A program made the position numbers and the translations under genes. Below, piece after piece: positions 52,358 through 64,000 of a stretch of DNA of 64,000 nucleotides; within the stretch, counting starts at the first letter, position 1; every line of letters begins with the position of its first letter. The notes below the pieces were generated by a model, which was not told the origin of the DNA, ran no database searches, and saw only the letters and a list, made by a program, of their open reading frames with translations. Source of the stretch: the human T2T-CHM13v2.0 reference genome, Homo sapiens; the NCBI RefSeq assembly GCF_009914755.1, contig NC_060931.1; one strand, written 5' to 3'.

Positions 52358-53415
52358 TAATGAGGTGTGATTTGATTGGATCTTGCAATAAAGTAATGCT
52401 GGGAGGTGTGATCTGACTGGATCCTGCCATGGGGTGACACCAAAACTCAATCTGATTGGATCCTGGCTCCTGCCTGGGGGTGTCTGGTTCTTAAATCGGT
52501 CCGAGCTCTTCAGGCTGAGCTCTTAGGTTCCACTCCACGGTGGCACGTGTGGTTAACCTGGGCATGCACAGGGTACATGACCTTCAACCTGCAGGTCGAT
52601 GGCAATTGGAAAACAACTGACAACTTCATTACATAAAAGTTGAACTGATTCGGGTGCGGTGACTCACGCCTGTAATCCCAGCACTTTGGGAGGCCAAGGC
52701 AGGTGGATCACCTGAGGTCGAGGAGTTCAAGACCAGCCTGGCCAAAATGGTGAAACCCCGTCTCTACTAAAAATATAAATATTAGCCAGGCGTGGTGGCG
52801 CACCCTTGTAATCCCAGCTACCCCAGAGGCTGAGGCAGCAGAATGCTTGAACCTAGGACGTGGAGGTTGCAGTGAGCTGAGATCGTGCCATTGCACTCCA
52901 GCCTGGGTGACAAGAGTGAAACTCCATCAAAAAAAAAAAAAGTTGAACTAGATTTGGTCTGATGGCAGTTACAGATTTACAAACCGCGTCCCACCCTCCT
53001 GCCAACACCTTCCACTCCTCATTCTTGAGGGATTAGGGATGGAGGTCATGCTTCTGTATCGACTTCATGCTGACCAGGGGCACTTAGTCCCCTAAAGTGA
53101 GAGGAATGAAACTCTTGGGCTTCTGAGTTCAGATGAGTTCTGGGGTCACCCGGAGTAGCTTGAAAGGCTGGTATTGTTGTAATACAAGCTGAAGGTGGAA
53201 GTGTTGGATCCTGGAGGACAAACAGCTCACCATCCATTTAAATAAATAGGACCAAAAAGTAACGGAACAGTGGCCACGAGGGGCCCCAACAGAGGAAGAA
53301 ACCAGGTGAGGTGTGGTATAGTGGACTCGACTGCCTTCTAAATCTCAGTGGTTGTCCGGGTGCGGTGGCTCACGCCTGTAATTCCAGCAAAAGAAGAGCC
53401 GAGGCAGGGTGATCA

Positions 53416-53633
<218 letters not shown>

Positions 53634-53666
53634 TCAATCAATCAATCTCAGTGGTTGAACTACCCT

Positions 53667-54055
53667 TGATATGGTTCAGCTCTGTATCCCCAACCAAATC
53701 TCATGTCAAATTGCAATTCCCAGTGTTGAGGGAGGGACCTGGTGGGAGATGATTGGCTCATGGCGGCTGACGTCCCCCTTGCTGGTCTCGTGATAGTGAG
53801 TGAGCGCTCATGGGATCTGGTTGTTTAGAAGCATGCAGCACCTCCTGCTTCACTCTCTCTGTCTCTCCTGCTCCACCATGGCCAGAAACGTGCCTGCTTC
53901 CCCTTCGCCTTCTGCCGTGATTGTCAGCTTCTTGAGGGCTCCCCAGCCATGCTTCCTGTACAGCCTGCAAAACTGTGAGTCAATTAAACCTCTTTTCTTC
54001 ATAAATTCCCCAGTTTCCAGTAGTTCTTTATAGCAGTGTGAAAACAGACTAATGG
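53667..54055 (+). mobile_element. MaLR solo LTR (MSTA/MSTB-like)
   Basis: Starts tgatatggtt...caaatctcat; ends ttctttatagcagtgtgaaaacagactaat; ATTAAA at 53983; 5-bp TSD ACCCT on both sides. Confidence 0.85.
53886..53974 (+). other. Candidate LTR-derived internal exon of the PMS2P transcript ([30 protein letters not shown])
   Basis: Pyrimidine tract + ggccag| acceptor and CT|gtgagt donor inside an MST-type LTR. In frame after PMS2 exon 5 (phase 0). I recall this peptide from PMS2-like pseudogene products (not verified). Confidence 0.6.
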
Positions 54056-54479
54056 ACCCTTCTGGTTGAAGGAATGTAGCCATTCTGCTTGTTTAAGTAT
54101 TTCCTTTCTATTCATCTCTATTTCCCGGGAGGTGTTTATCCAAGTGCAATAGGAGATATTGGTGACTGCAGAGTCCCCTCAGTGTTCTGCTAGTAAATAG
54201 TTGAAGGTTGATCAGTGATCTCCAGCATTTTCAGTCTGGCATGGAAAAGCCCCCATGTAACTGGTAAAGGTATCAGTAAGCACCAGGAGGTATCTAAATC
54301 CACCAGGAGCCATAGGCATCATGTTGATGTCCATTTACCAGTCTTCCCTGGCAAGATTCTCTGAATTGTACTGCCTTGGCCAAAAGAGGTATGGGAGGGG
54401 CTGGGCACAGTGGCTCACGCCTGTAATCCCAGCATTTTGGGAGACCAATTCGGGTAGATCATTAGAGGTCAGGGGTTCA

Positions 54480-54775
<296 letters not shown>

Positions 54776-55751
54776 TCAAGACCAGCCTGGCCTAGATGGT
54801 GAAACCCTGTCTCGAGTAAAAATACAAATATTAGCTGGGCATGGTGGCACACACCTGTAATCTCAGCTACTCAGAAGTCTGAGACAGAAGAATTGCCAAA
54901 ACCCGGGAGGGAGAGGTTGCAGTGAGCCGAGATCGCGCCACTGCACTCTAGCCTGGGCGACAGAGCAAGACTCCGTCTCGAAAGAAAGACAGAGAAAGGA
55001 AATTCCCCAGGGAAGTACCTCGGCTTATTTCATGAAGAGGTACTGAAGGAAGCAGAGGCATGTGGAGGACTTCCCCACCTCGTGCAGCTATTTGGGCCAT
55101 GGCGTCTGAAATTTCTTATTTCAGAGTCACCCCTTTGATGACCTTGGCAGTGGACTGCAGTCATCTGTTTAGGCCTTTCCATGGCCCGTGTCAATGCCGG
55201 TATTTCTGTCTGTTGCACATTTGATTTCCTTGTTGTTGGCATTTAGAAGGCCCCCTGTTTCCCAGATCACACCACGGGCATGGACCACAGAGATTGCATC
55301 TTGTGAGTCTGTAGAAATGGTCAAGGCCTTGTCCTCTCTTAGGTCCAGAGCTCAGGTGAATGCAGATTTTCCCAGCTGTCTGTGCTGAAGTCCCTGTGGG
55401 GAGGCTCCTGGCTGGTTTCCTGTAGGTAGACAGCTACACGTCCTGCCCTTCATTGGCTTCTTTTCATGAAGCTCCTGCCATCTACAAAACATGTCTCCCT
55501 TCTTGAATCACATCTCTGTTATTGAAACTCTAGAAGTCGACCGGGCATGGTGGCTATGCCTATAATCCCAGCATTTTGGGATGCCAAAGCGGGTGGATCA
55601 CCTGAGGTCAGGAGTTCAAGACCAGCCTGGCCAACATGGCGAAATCCCGTCTCTAATACAAATACAAAAATTAGCCAAGCATGGTGGCCACTGTACTCCA
55701 GCCTGGGCGACAGAGCAAGACTCCGTCTCAAAAAAAAAAAAAAAGAGAAAG

Positions 55752-55978
55752 AAAGTATCATGCTTTTCTGCATTCTGTGAATTGTTTTAGTGAGTTATCG
55801 AACTTGAGGGCATGGTGGGAACCTCCAAATTTGCAGCCAGTTGGTGAGAAGTACATGTGGTCTGAGGACACCCAAGCCTGCAGGTGTGTCTAAAGCGAGG
55901 GCAGCCTAGTGGGGGCTGGTGGCCTTAACCTGTGGCATTTGAGGTAACATCAGGGAGTTGACATCAGAATTGCATCAC
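55752..55978 (+). mobile_element. MER21-like LTR fragment
   Basis: ttatcgaacttgagggc...aatttgcagccagttgg...ccttaacctgtgg...tcagaattg resembles the recalled MER21 3' region. Confidence 0.6.
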
Positions 55979-55981
55979 ATA

Positions 55982-56322
<341 letters not shown>

Positions 56323-56897
56323 TCATGCTTATAATCCCAGCAATTTGAAAGGCAAGGTAAGAGGATCGCTTGAGCTTGAGCTTGAGCCTGAGGCCGCAGT
56401 GAGCTATGACCACACCACTGCACCCGAGTCTGGGTGACAGCGCAAGACCCCAATTCCAAAAAGAAAAAAGAAAAATCACAAAGAATTTCATGGCAGAGTG
56501 CCTGTCTTTCACAGCTTTAACTGCTGCAGGAACTTTCTTTTTTTTTTTTTTTTTTTTTTTGAGAGGGCGTGAGGAGACACAATCTCTGCTAGTGATTCTC
56601 CTGCCTCAGCCTCCCAAATAGCTGGGATTATAGGCATGCACCACCACGTCTGCCTAATTTTTGTATTTTTAGTAGAGACAGGGTTTCACCATGTTGGCCA
56701 GGCTGGTCTCAAACTCCTGCTGGGATCATGGGCGTGAGCCACCACGCCCGGCCACCTTTAGAGTTTTCTTACCACCTGGTTTTCCTCTCTCAATATCTTT
56801 CTCTCATTTCCTGCCTTAAAACTCTAGCTTGGCATCTGGGCGCAGTAGCTCATGCCTGTTAATCCCAGCACTTTGGGAGGCCGAGGTGGGTGGATCA

Positions 56898-57173
<276 letters not shown>

Positions 57174-58232
57174 TTAAAAAATAAAAATTAAAAATAGATG
57201 TAGATGCTATGTTGCTGAGGCCGGCCTCAAACTCCTGGCCTCAGGTGATCCTCCTGCCAAGACCTCCAAAACTGCAGGGATTGTAGGTGTAAGCACTGCA
57301 CCCAGCCGTATGTTTTTTTTCTACATAAAAAACAGCACAGGATTATCTTCCAGAGCTAATAAATATGTTCAAATAACCACAACCCCATTAAGGAAAAATA
57401 TCACTGGGCAGCAAATAATCAATCCAGACCAATATGATCACAGTTGCTGTGAAGGTGAGAAAAGTTCATTTTTATTATGTTTCCACAAGAGACGCACTCT
57501 ATTGTTCTCTTGAAAACACACAGCTCATGTCCTCCTTTAGAACACACATCCTCTTTAAAGTAACATACAAAGATGCCAAAACAAGGTAAAAAATTACATC
57601 TGAATTCTCACATTTCAAACATATATGAAATATCAAATAAAAATTTATTTTTACAAGAATTTAGGGGAACTACTACATAGCTATAAATGTAATATATATG
57701 TTAACTAAGTATCACAGATAAAAACCATGCTCCCTTCAGCAGCATGTGTAATAATAGATACAAAGATTGAAAGGTAAAAGATTTAGGATGAAAAGAATCC
57801 TCTCTTAAAAAGGAAAACAAAATTATATGTATGTGTATATAACAGTTATAACACCCATCACACAGCTTTATAGAAACAGCATCTATTCAAAAATACCAGT
57901 ATTTCCAAAATATTTAAAATAATATTTAAAGTAATAATAATATTTAAATAAATAAATATATTTAATAAATATTTCAATAAATAAAATAATATTTAAATAA
58001 TTCTATACCCATGTTTTTCAAAATAAACCAATAAATTAGATAGTATGTATTAGACGTGTTAGTATATATATCTGAGACATGTTAAAAATCACAACTGAAT
58101 TCTCACAATTCAGTCACAAACCTAAACAGCAAATAAAAATTTCTATCACCAGAATTATGTTTTTTTCTGGTGGGGAACTACCAATAGCTATAAATAGAAG
58201 AGATTTTTATGGAAGTATCATAGATAAAAAGA

Positions 58233-58256
58233 GTGCTCGCTTCAGGAGCACATATA
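58233..58256 (+). pseudogene. U6 snRNA 5'-end fragment (second, more decayed copy at 57727-57750)
   Basis: gtgctcgcttcaggagcacatata matches U6 nt 1-24 (GTGCTCGCTTCGGCAGCACATATA) at 22/24; preceded by the A-rich site agataaaaa. Confidence 0.6.
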
Positions 58257-58723
58257 ATAATACAGAAACAAATTTAAAGATAATAAAATATTTAGGATAA
58301 AAAGAATTGTCTCTTAAAAATGAAAAGAAAATTATCTTTATGTATATGTAACAACTATAACTCTCATCAAAAAACTACAGGAACAGCATGTTTTCAAAAG
58401 TACAACAATTTCCAAACTATTTGAAATAAATCTATGAATAATTCAATGGCCAACATTTCCAAACAAACCAATAAAATGCAGAGTGTGCATGAAGCTATCT
58501 GTTACAATCTGTGGCACTGATATTTCACAAAAGAATTCTGTGCCAATCTGAGCCCCTGCATTGTGCCTTCAAATGCTCCTGGACTGTGGCAACCAAGTCT
58601 GTAAGAAACAGGACCTCCAGGTTCCGGCCCAGGGAGGTTGGAATTCAGCAATATAGAAAGGGTGGTGGTGCCGCAGGAAAGGGTGGAACTGGAAACACTC
58701 CTGTTTTCTTACTTTTCTCCAAG

Positions 58724-58905
58724 GACTCCTAGAAGGACCCCACCCCCCTCCCCCCACCCCTGCTCCCAGGAGGACAACGTGATCACTGTATTCAGCTCCA
58801 TCAAGAATGGTCCAGGTTCTTCTAGATGATCTGCACAAATGGTTCCTCTCCTCTTTCCTGTTGTCTGCCATTAGCATTGGAATAAAGTTCCTGCTGAAAA
58901 TCCAC
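58724..58905 (+). other. Candidate terminal exon of the readthrough transcript (TPRRTPPPSPHPCSQEDNVITVFSSIKNGPGSSR*), antisense to SPDYE 3' UTR
   Basis: Strong acceptor ctcctgttttcttacttttctccaag|G. Phase matches the LTR exon. TGA at 58827-58829 and AATAAA at 58881-58886. Confidence 0.6.
58881..58886 (+). terminator. Polyadenylation signal AATAAA for the candidate terminal exon
   Basis: Canonical hexamer about 50 nt after the in-frame stop. Confidence 0.5.
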
Positions 58906-59824
58906 ATCTCCCCTGGGTCCGGTGTTCTGGAAGTGAGAGAGACAATGTCACACTTCAAGGAGGCAGCTCTCTAGACAGGAAGGTTATTCACGTCCCATGT
59001 CAAGTCTAGAGTTCAGAGCAATTGAGAAATGCAATTTTATCTGCTGCCTTTCATTCTATACCCTGCTTCTGAACCATCGTGTTCAACTGTGAAACTCACA
59101 CTTTGGTGACCACGACTCCAAAACTCACTTAATACACCCAAGGTCAGCCCCAGTGATCTGCTTCATAGCAAGGACTTTGGGTGGGTCTGCCCAGGGAGTA
59201 GGGCACCCTCAGAGAATGTGGCTTTGGACTTCATCACAGCTGGGGCCTTTTGTGTCACTTAAGATCTAAACTTGTAACCATGCTAGATGTGTTTCTAATG
59301 TGACAACATCACGAACCACGAGTCCAGAAGCCTAATCCTTAATCCTACCTCCTCATGATGAAGTCTCATGCTCTGTGCTCACCGTGGTTAGCTGCACAAG
59401 ATGTAAACCAAAGCTTCACTGAACCCTCGACCCAAATCGGTAACTCAAGTGCGTCAATCATAATGAACCTCCCCAAACTCAGTATTTATGATTCTTTTTG
59501 AGGCAGGGTCTCACTCTGTCGCCCAGACTGGAGTGCAGTGGCAGGATCAGGGCTCCATGCAGCCCCGACCTTCCAGGCTCCAGCGATCCTCCCGCCTCAG
59601 CCTCCTGAGTAGTTGGGAGTAGAGATGCGTCCCACATCGCCTGGCTAATTTTTGTATTTTTGTGGAGAGGGGATCTCGCCACGTTGCCCAGGCTTGAAGC
59701 CGGATCAAGCAATTGGGTTCCTCGGATTTCCAAAATAGACCCCAATATTCTGCCTTTACCCCGGAGGATGCAGATGTACCTTCTCTCAGGCCGATGACCT
59801 CAGGCCTCCACGGTCCCTGGAGCT

Positions 59825-59884
59825 CTAGGAAAGGCAAGCGCGATCTCGCGCCCACACCCAGTGCTCTGGGTCATAAGCCTGGAT
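59825..59884 (-). CDS. SPDYE17: SPDYE last coding exon IQAYDPEHWVWARDRACLS* (exon extends as UTR to ~59780)
   Basis: tttttccag|ATC acceptor; TAG at 59825-59827; probable donor AAG|gtac at 59780. Confidence 0.87.
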   Translation of the reverse strand: MQAYDPEHWVWARDRACLS

Positions 59885-60006
59885 CTGGAAAAACAAACGC
59901 CCTTTGAGAAGACGGGGACTCGCCAGGATACCCCTCTCTCCCCTCATCCAGCCTCCAGCCCACCCGATTCCTCCCCACCTCCTCCACCTCCCCAGGCCCC
60001 ACTCAC

Positions 60007-60250
60007 CTCCTCCAACTCCTCCCGGGAAACCCAAGCCCTGCCGCTCATGGAACAGAAGAACTGGAACCGAAGTTTCTGGAACAGGGCTATCTGAGAGCGG
60101 TTCTTCCTGGCCCTCGGGTTCAAGCAACGGCATAACTGGAACCGACGGTTACGGACCAAGGGTATGCGAGAGCGGGTCTTCCCATACAGGAAGTAGAAGA
60201 TGTTTTGTTTGGGGTCCTCGTCGTCCTCCTCCATGTCATTGGCCAGGTAG
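60007..60250 (-). CDS. SPDYE17: SPDYE exon [18 protein letters not shown]...WVSREELEE
   Basis: cctcag|C acceptor, GAG|gtgagt donor; the [10 protein letters not shown] Speedy motif spans the junction; open frame. Confidence 0.88.
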
Positions 60251-61658
60251 CTGAGGACAGAAATCAGGTTGGTGCTCAGGGGCACCACCAGGAGAGGCCT
60301 CTGGCTGAGGTCAGCTTCCCAGAGAGGAAGGTAAGGGACCGTCCCTAGCTCAGGACTGGCACCCACCCTGCAGAGAGCCACGCCTTCCTCAGGAGGGCTC
60401 TGCTGGACAGAGACCTGATCAAGGGCGTCTCCCACTCCTTCAGGATGGAGACAAAAGCCCAACTGGTGGCCGAGAGTTGGTGGCTTATGCCTGGAATCCC
60501 AGCACACTGGGAGGCCAAAGCAGGAGGATCACTTGAGGCCAGGAGTTTGAGACGGGCCTGGGCAACATAGCAAGACCCTCGTCTCTATTAAAAATATAAG
60601 AAATATGCCAGACGCGGTGGCTCATGCCTGTAATCCCAGCACTTTAGAATGCTGAAGCAGGTGGATCGCTTGAGACCAGGAGTTGGAGACCAGCCTGGTC
60701 AACACGGAGAAACCCCATCTCTACTAAAAATACAAAAATCAGCCTGGTGCGGTGGCACACCCGTTAGGCCTAGCTACTCAGGAGGCTGAAGCATAAGAAT
60801 TGTGTGAACCCAGGAGGCGGAGGTTGCAGTGAGTCGAGATTGGGCCACTCCATTCCAGCCTGAGAGGCAGAGCAAGACTCTATCTCAATAATCAAACAAA
60901 CAAACAAACAAACTGTCCAGGTGTGGTGGCACAGCCCTGTAGTCGGAGCTAATAAAGAAGCTGAGGTGGGAGGATCGCTTGAGCCCAGGATATGGAGGCT
61001 GCGGTGAGCTATGATCTCACCACTGCACTCCAGCTTGGGGGACAGGGCAAGTCTGTCTCAAAAAAATAAAAGAAATTGAATACATTGATATTTTGCCAGG
61101 ACCCTGCCTTCTACAGGCATCTAGTCTAATGGGACTGGGAGTAACCAAGGCAGATGAGCTAATCCCAGTGTCCAGGATGTAACTAGAGAGCTATGGGCAT
61201 GCAGAAGTTGGAAGATGAGGGAAGGCATCACAGAGGCTGTGGGGTGAACTGACTTCAAGGAATGGGTCCTTCCCTTCAGAGCCACATGTGTGCGGGACAC
61301 CCAGACAGAAAACACAAACACAAAGTCGAGTGGAGGGCATTTGGAAGAAGCAGTGAAGCCGAGCCAGGAAATACCAAGATGGCGAGCCAGTGTGCTTGTA
61401 GAGATTGTAGAATTGACACTGTGGACCCTGGCCTCGATAGAGAAAGGCATCAGCTAAGGAAGTTGTTCAGGTGGGCAGTGAGGTTGTCGTGCTTTGGAAA
61501 GATGTTCAGGCTGCACTAGGAAGCCCCCTGGCTTGGGGAGAGACTCCAGGAGACCCCAGCAGGGAGCATTTGACAGTGGATTCGAGTGATGCGAGGGGGA
61601 CCTGAACTGTGGCCTCTGTCATGGGAACCCAGAGGAGGTCGATGGCGTTTGTGGTTGA

Positions 61659-62148
<490 letters not shown>

Positions 62149-62288
62149 TGATAGTATAATCCTCTCTTTTTTGTACACAGAGTAAAGAGGACAAATAGGT
62201 GAAAGAATAAATGAAAGGCTGGAATCCCACTTCCCCCGCTGTCCCAGGGCATTGGATATTGACGGATAGGAGGAAGCAAACCACTCAC

Positions 62289-62374
62289 AGAGCCAGGAAG
62301 AAATGAATGCGTTGGTATTGCCAGGAGGGGAGGCCGGCCCGGCTGAAATACGCTATGACCATAGCCAGGAGATA
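62289..62374 (-). CDS. SPDYE17: SPDYE exon [29 protein letters not shown] (Speedy box)
   Basis: catcag|TAT acceptor, CT|gtgagt donor; 86 nt, phase-consistent with neighbours. Confidence 0.87.
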
Positions 62375-63015
62375 CTGATGGAGAGAAAGGAACACAGAGA
62401 GGGAGAGGTCACATCTTGGAAGAGGAAGATTGTGGAGAGGGGGAATGAGGGTCTGGGGAGGGGCTGCCCATCAGAGAAGGGACCTCAGTGTTGGGGTGAC
62501 TGTACTCATTTGGAAATTGCGGGATGGAGGGGTATTCGAAGGACGGATGCAAATCCGAGAAGCCAGAGGAAGGGTTTTGGGTGATGCTCCCAGGATGGTG
62601 GGCTCCGATGGGATCTTTGGAGGGGGTGTGTCTAGGTCGGCTGGTGTCAGGAGGGTCTTTTGTGTGCCAGGCAGAGAACTGTCCCGAAGAGCTGAGAGTA
62701 GAGGGGCCAGGAGCTTCAGGGCTGCGGCCAGACTGTGGCCCAGAGCTCAGATCCCAAAGGACCCATAGGAGAGGCAGGGGCCACTCATTCACTCTGCAAG
62801 AGACCAGCAGAATCCTGAGGGAGATGCTGACAAATCATAAAAGGACCAAGAATAGCCGGGAGTGGTGGCTCAAGCCTGTGATCCCAGTACTTTTTGAGAG
62901 GTGGAGACAGGAGGATCATGTGAGCCCAACAGTTCAAGAACAACCTGGGCAACATAGTGAGACCCTGTTTCTACAAACATTTCAAAAATTAGTTGAGCAT
63001 GGTGGCATGTGCCTA

Positions 63016-63165
<150 letters not shown>

Positions 63166-63263
63166 TCAAGACCGTGGGAGCTGGTCGGGCACAGTGGCTG
63201 ACGTCCATAATCTCAGCACTTTGGGAGGCCAAGGCGGGTGGATCGCCTGAGGTCAGGTGTTCA

Positions 63264-63410
<147 letters not shown>

Positions 63411-63464
63411 TCAAGATCGAGACACTGCCCTCCAGCCTGGGCAACAGAGCAAGACTCTGTCTCA

Positions 63465-63499
<35 letters not shown>

Positions 63500-63611
63500 C
63501 TGTAGGAGCATCTGGTGGGAGGTGGTGGAGGGAGAACTGTGGGTTTGGAAGCTGCGCCCTCCCCCCAGCCATGCGTTGGAACAGGAACAGTTACATGGAG
63601 AACAACCTTAC

Positions 63612-63670
63612 CTTGTCCGACACCCTCAGATCTTTGTCCCAGGCCAGGAATCTTTTAATGACAGGATCCT
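63612..63670 (-). CDS. SPDYE17: Speedy/RINGO E family CDK activator, exon [20 protein letters not shown] (gene continues beyond window end)
   Basis: cacag|AG acceptor and AAG|gtaagg donor on the - strand; Speedy box start. Family is confident, paralog number is tentative. Confidence 0.85.
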
Positions 63671-64000
63671 CTGTGATTAGAGAGCAGATGTCAGTGTGAG
63701 AAGCAGGACAGGGTTTCCGTGGGAGCAGCAGGGCAGCGAGGAGAAGTGTGCCTCCCGGGGGGAAGTCTCAGGATTGTGGCCGCGGGTGAGGTGGATGGGA
63801 GAGGGGAGAATGACTTTCACTGGGCAAGGGAGAGAGGCTCCTGCTCTGAGACTCCCCTGAGAAGAGGCCGAAGGAGGCCCTGGGTGTGAGAATCTACAGG
63901 ATGTAGAGCTGGGAATCAGCCAGGACCCCCTCCAGCAGACACGGAGGGACCACTGCAGAGTCATAAAGGAATTCCCATCATTTCCTCATGAGACAGTCAC

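Larger units (their letters stand above)
57450..58926 (-). other. Probable SPDYE noncoding terminal exon (3' UTR); 3' end approximate
   Basis: Acceptor tctctctcacttccag|AAC at 58926; AT-rich; minus-strand AATAAA at 57644-57649 and 57471-57476. Confidence 0.55.

Noticed and set aside
61176-61250. Alternative + strand PMS2P terminal exon inside a SPDYE intron (tccag|GATGTAA...)
   Set aside because: Weak pyrimidine tract; in the LTR-exon phase it stops after two codons; support comes only from my memory of paralog cDNAs.

Overview
Human (primate) genomic DNA, very Alu-dense, consistent with the 7q11.23 segmental-duplication locus known as the DTX2P1-UPK3BP1-PMS2P11 readthrough pseudogene. From left to right it holds: (i) an FDPS processed pseudogene on the - strand (3022-4515), nested among MIR, Alu-monomer and AluY insertions; (ii) eight exons of a duplicated DTX2 (Deltex-2) copy on the + strand (13148-39451) with two frameshifts, one dead splice donor and no last exon; (iii) a deletion junction at ~39805 leading into UPK3B exons 2-3; (iv) an inverted Alu-Alu junction at ~46652 leading into PMS2 exons 2-5 (GHKL ATPase N-terminus); (v) a candidate MaLR-LTR-derived exon and a terminal exon lying antisense to (vi) the 3' half of a Speedy/RINGO E (SPDYE) gene on the - strand. 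It also holds a 2.7-kb GT-rich tract, a deleted class-I ERV remnant and a duplicated U6 5' fragment. I see no new prokaryote-style system. The most interesting signal is that splice phases across the patchwork of parental fragments are compatible, giving a stop-free chimeric ORF (UPK3B-PMS2-LTR-antisense SPDYE, 285 aa; up to 653 aa if DTX2 exons splice into UPK3B exon 2). Comparisons with parental proteins and repeat consensuses come from memory, not from alignments run here. Paralog numbers (FDPSP7, SPDYE17) are best guesses.
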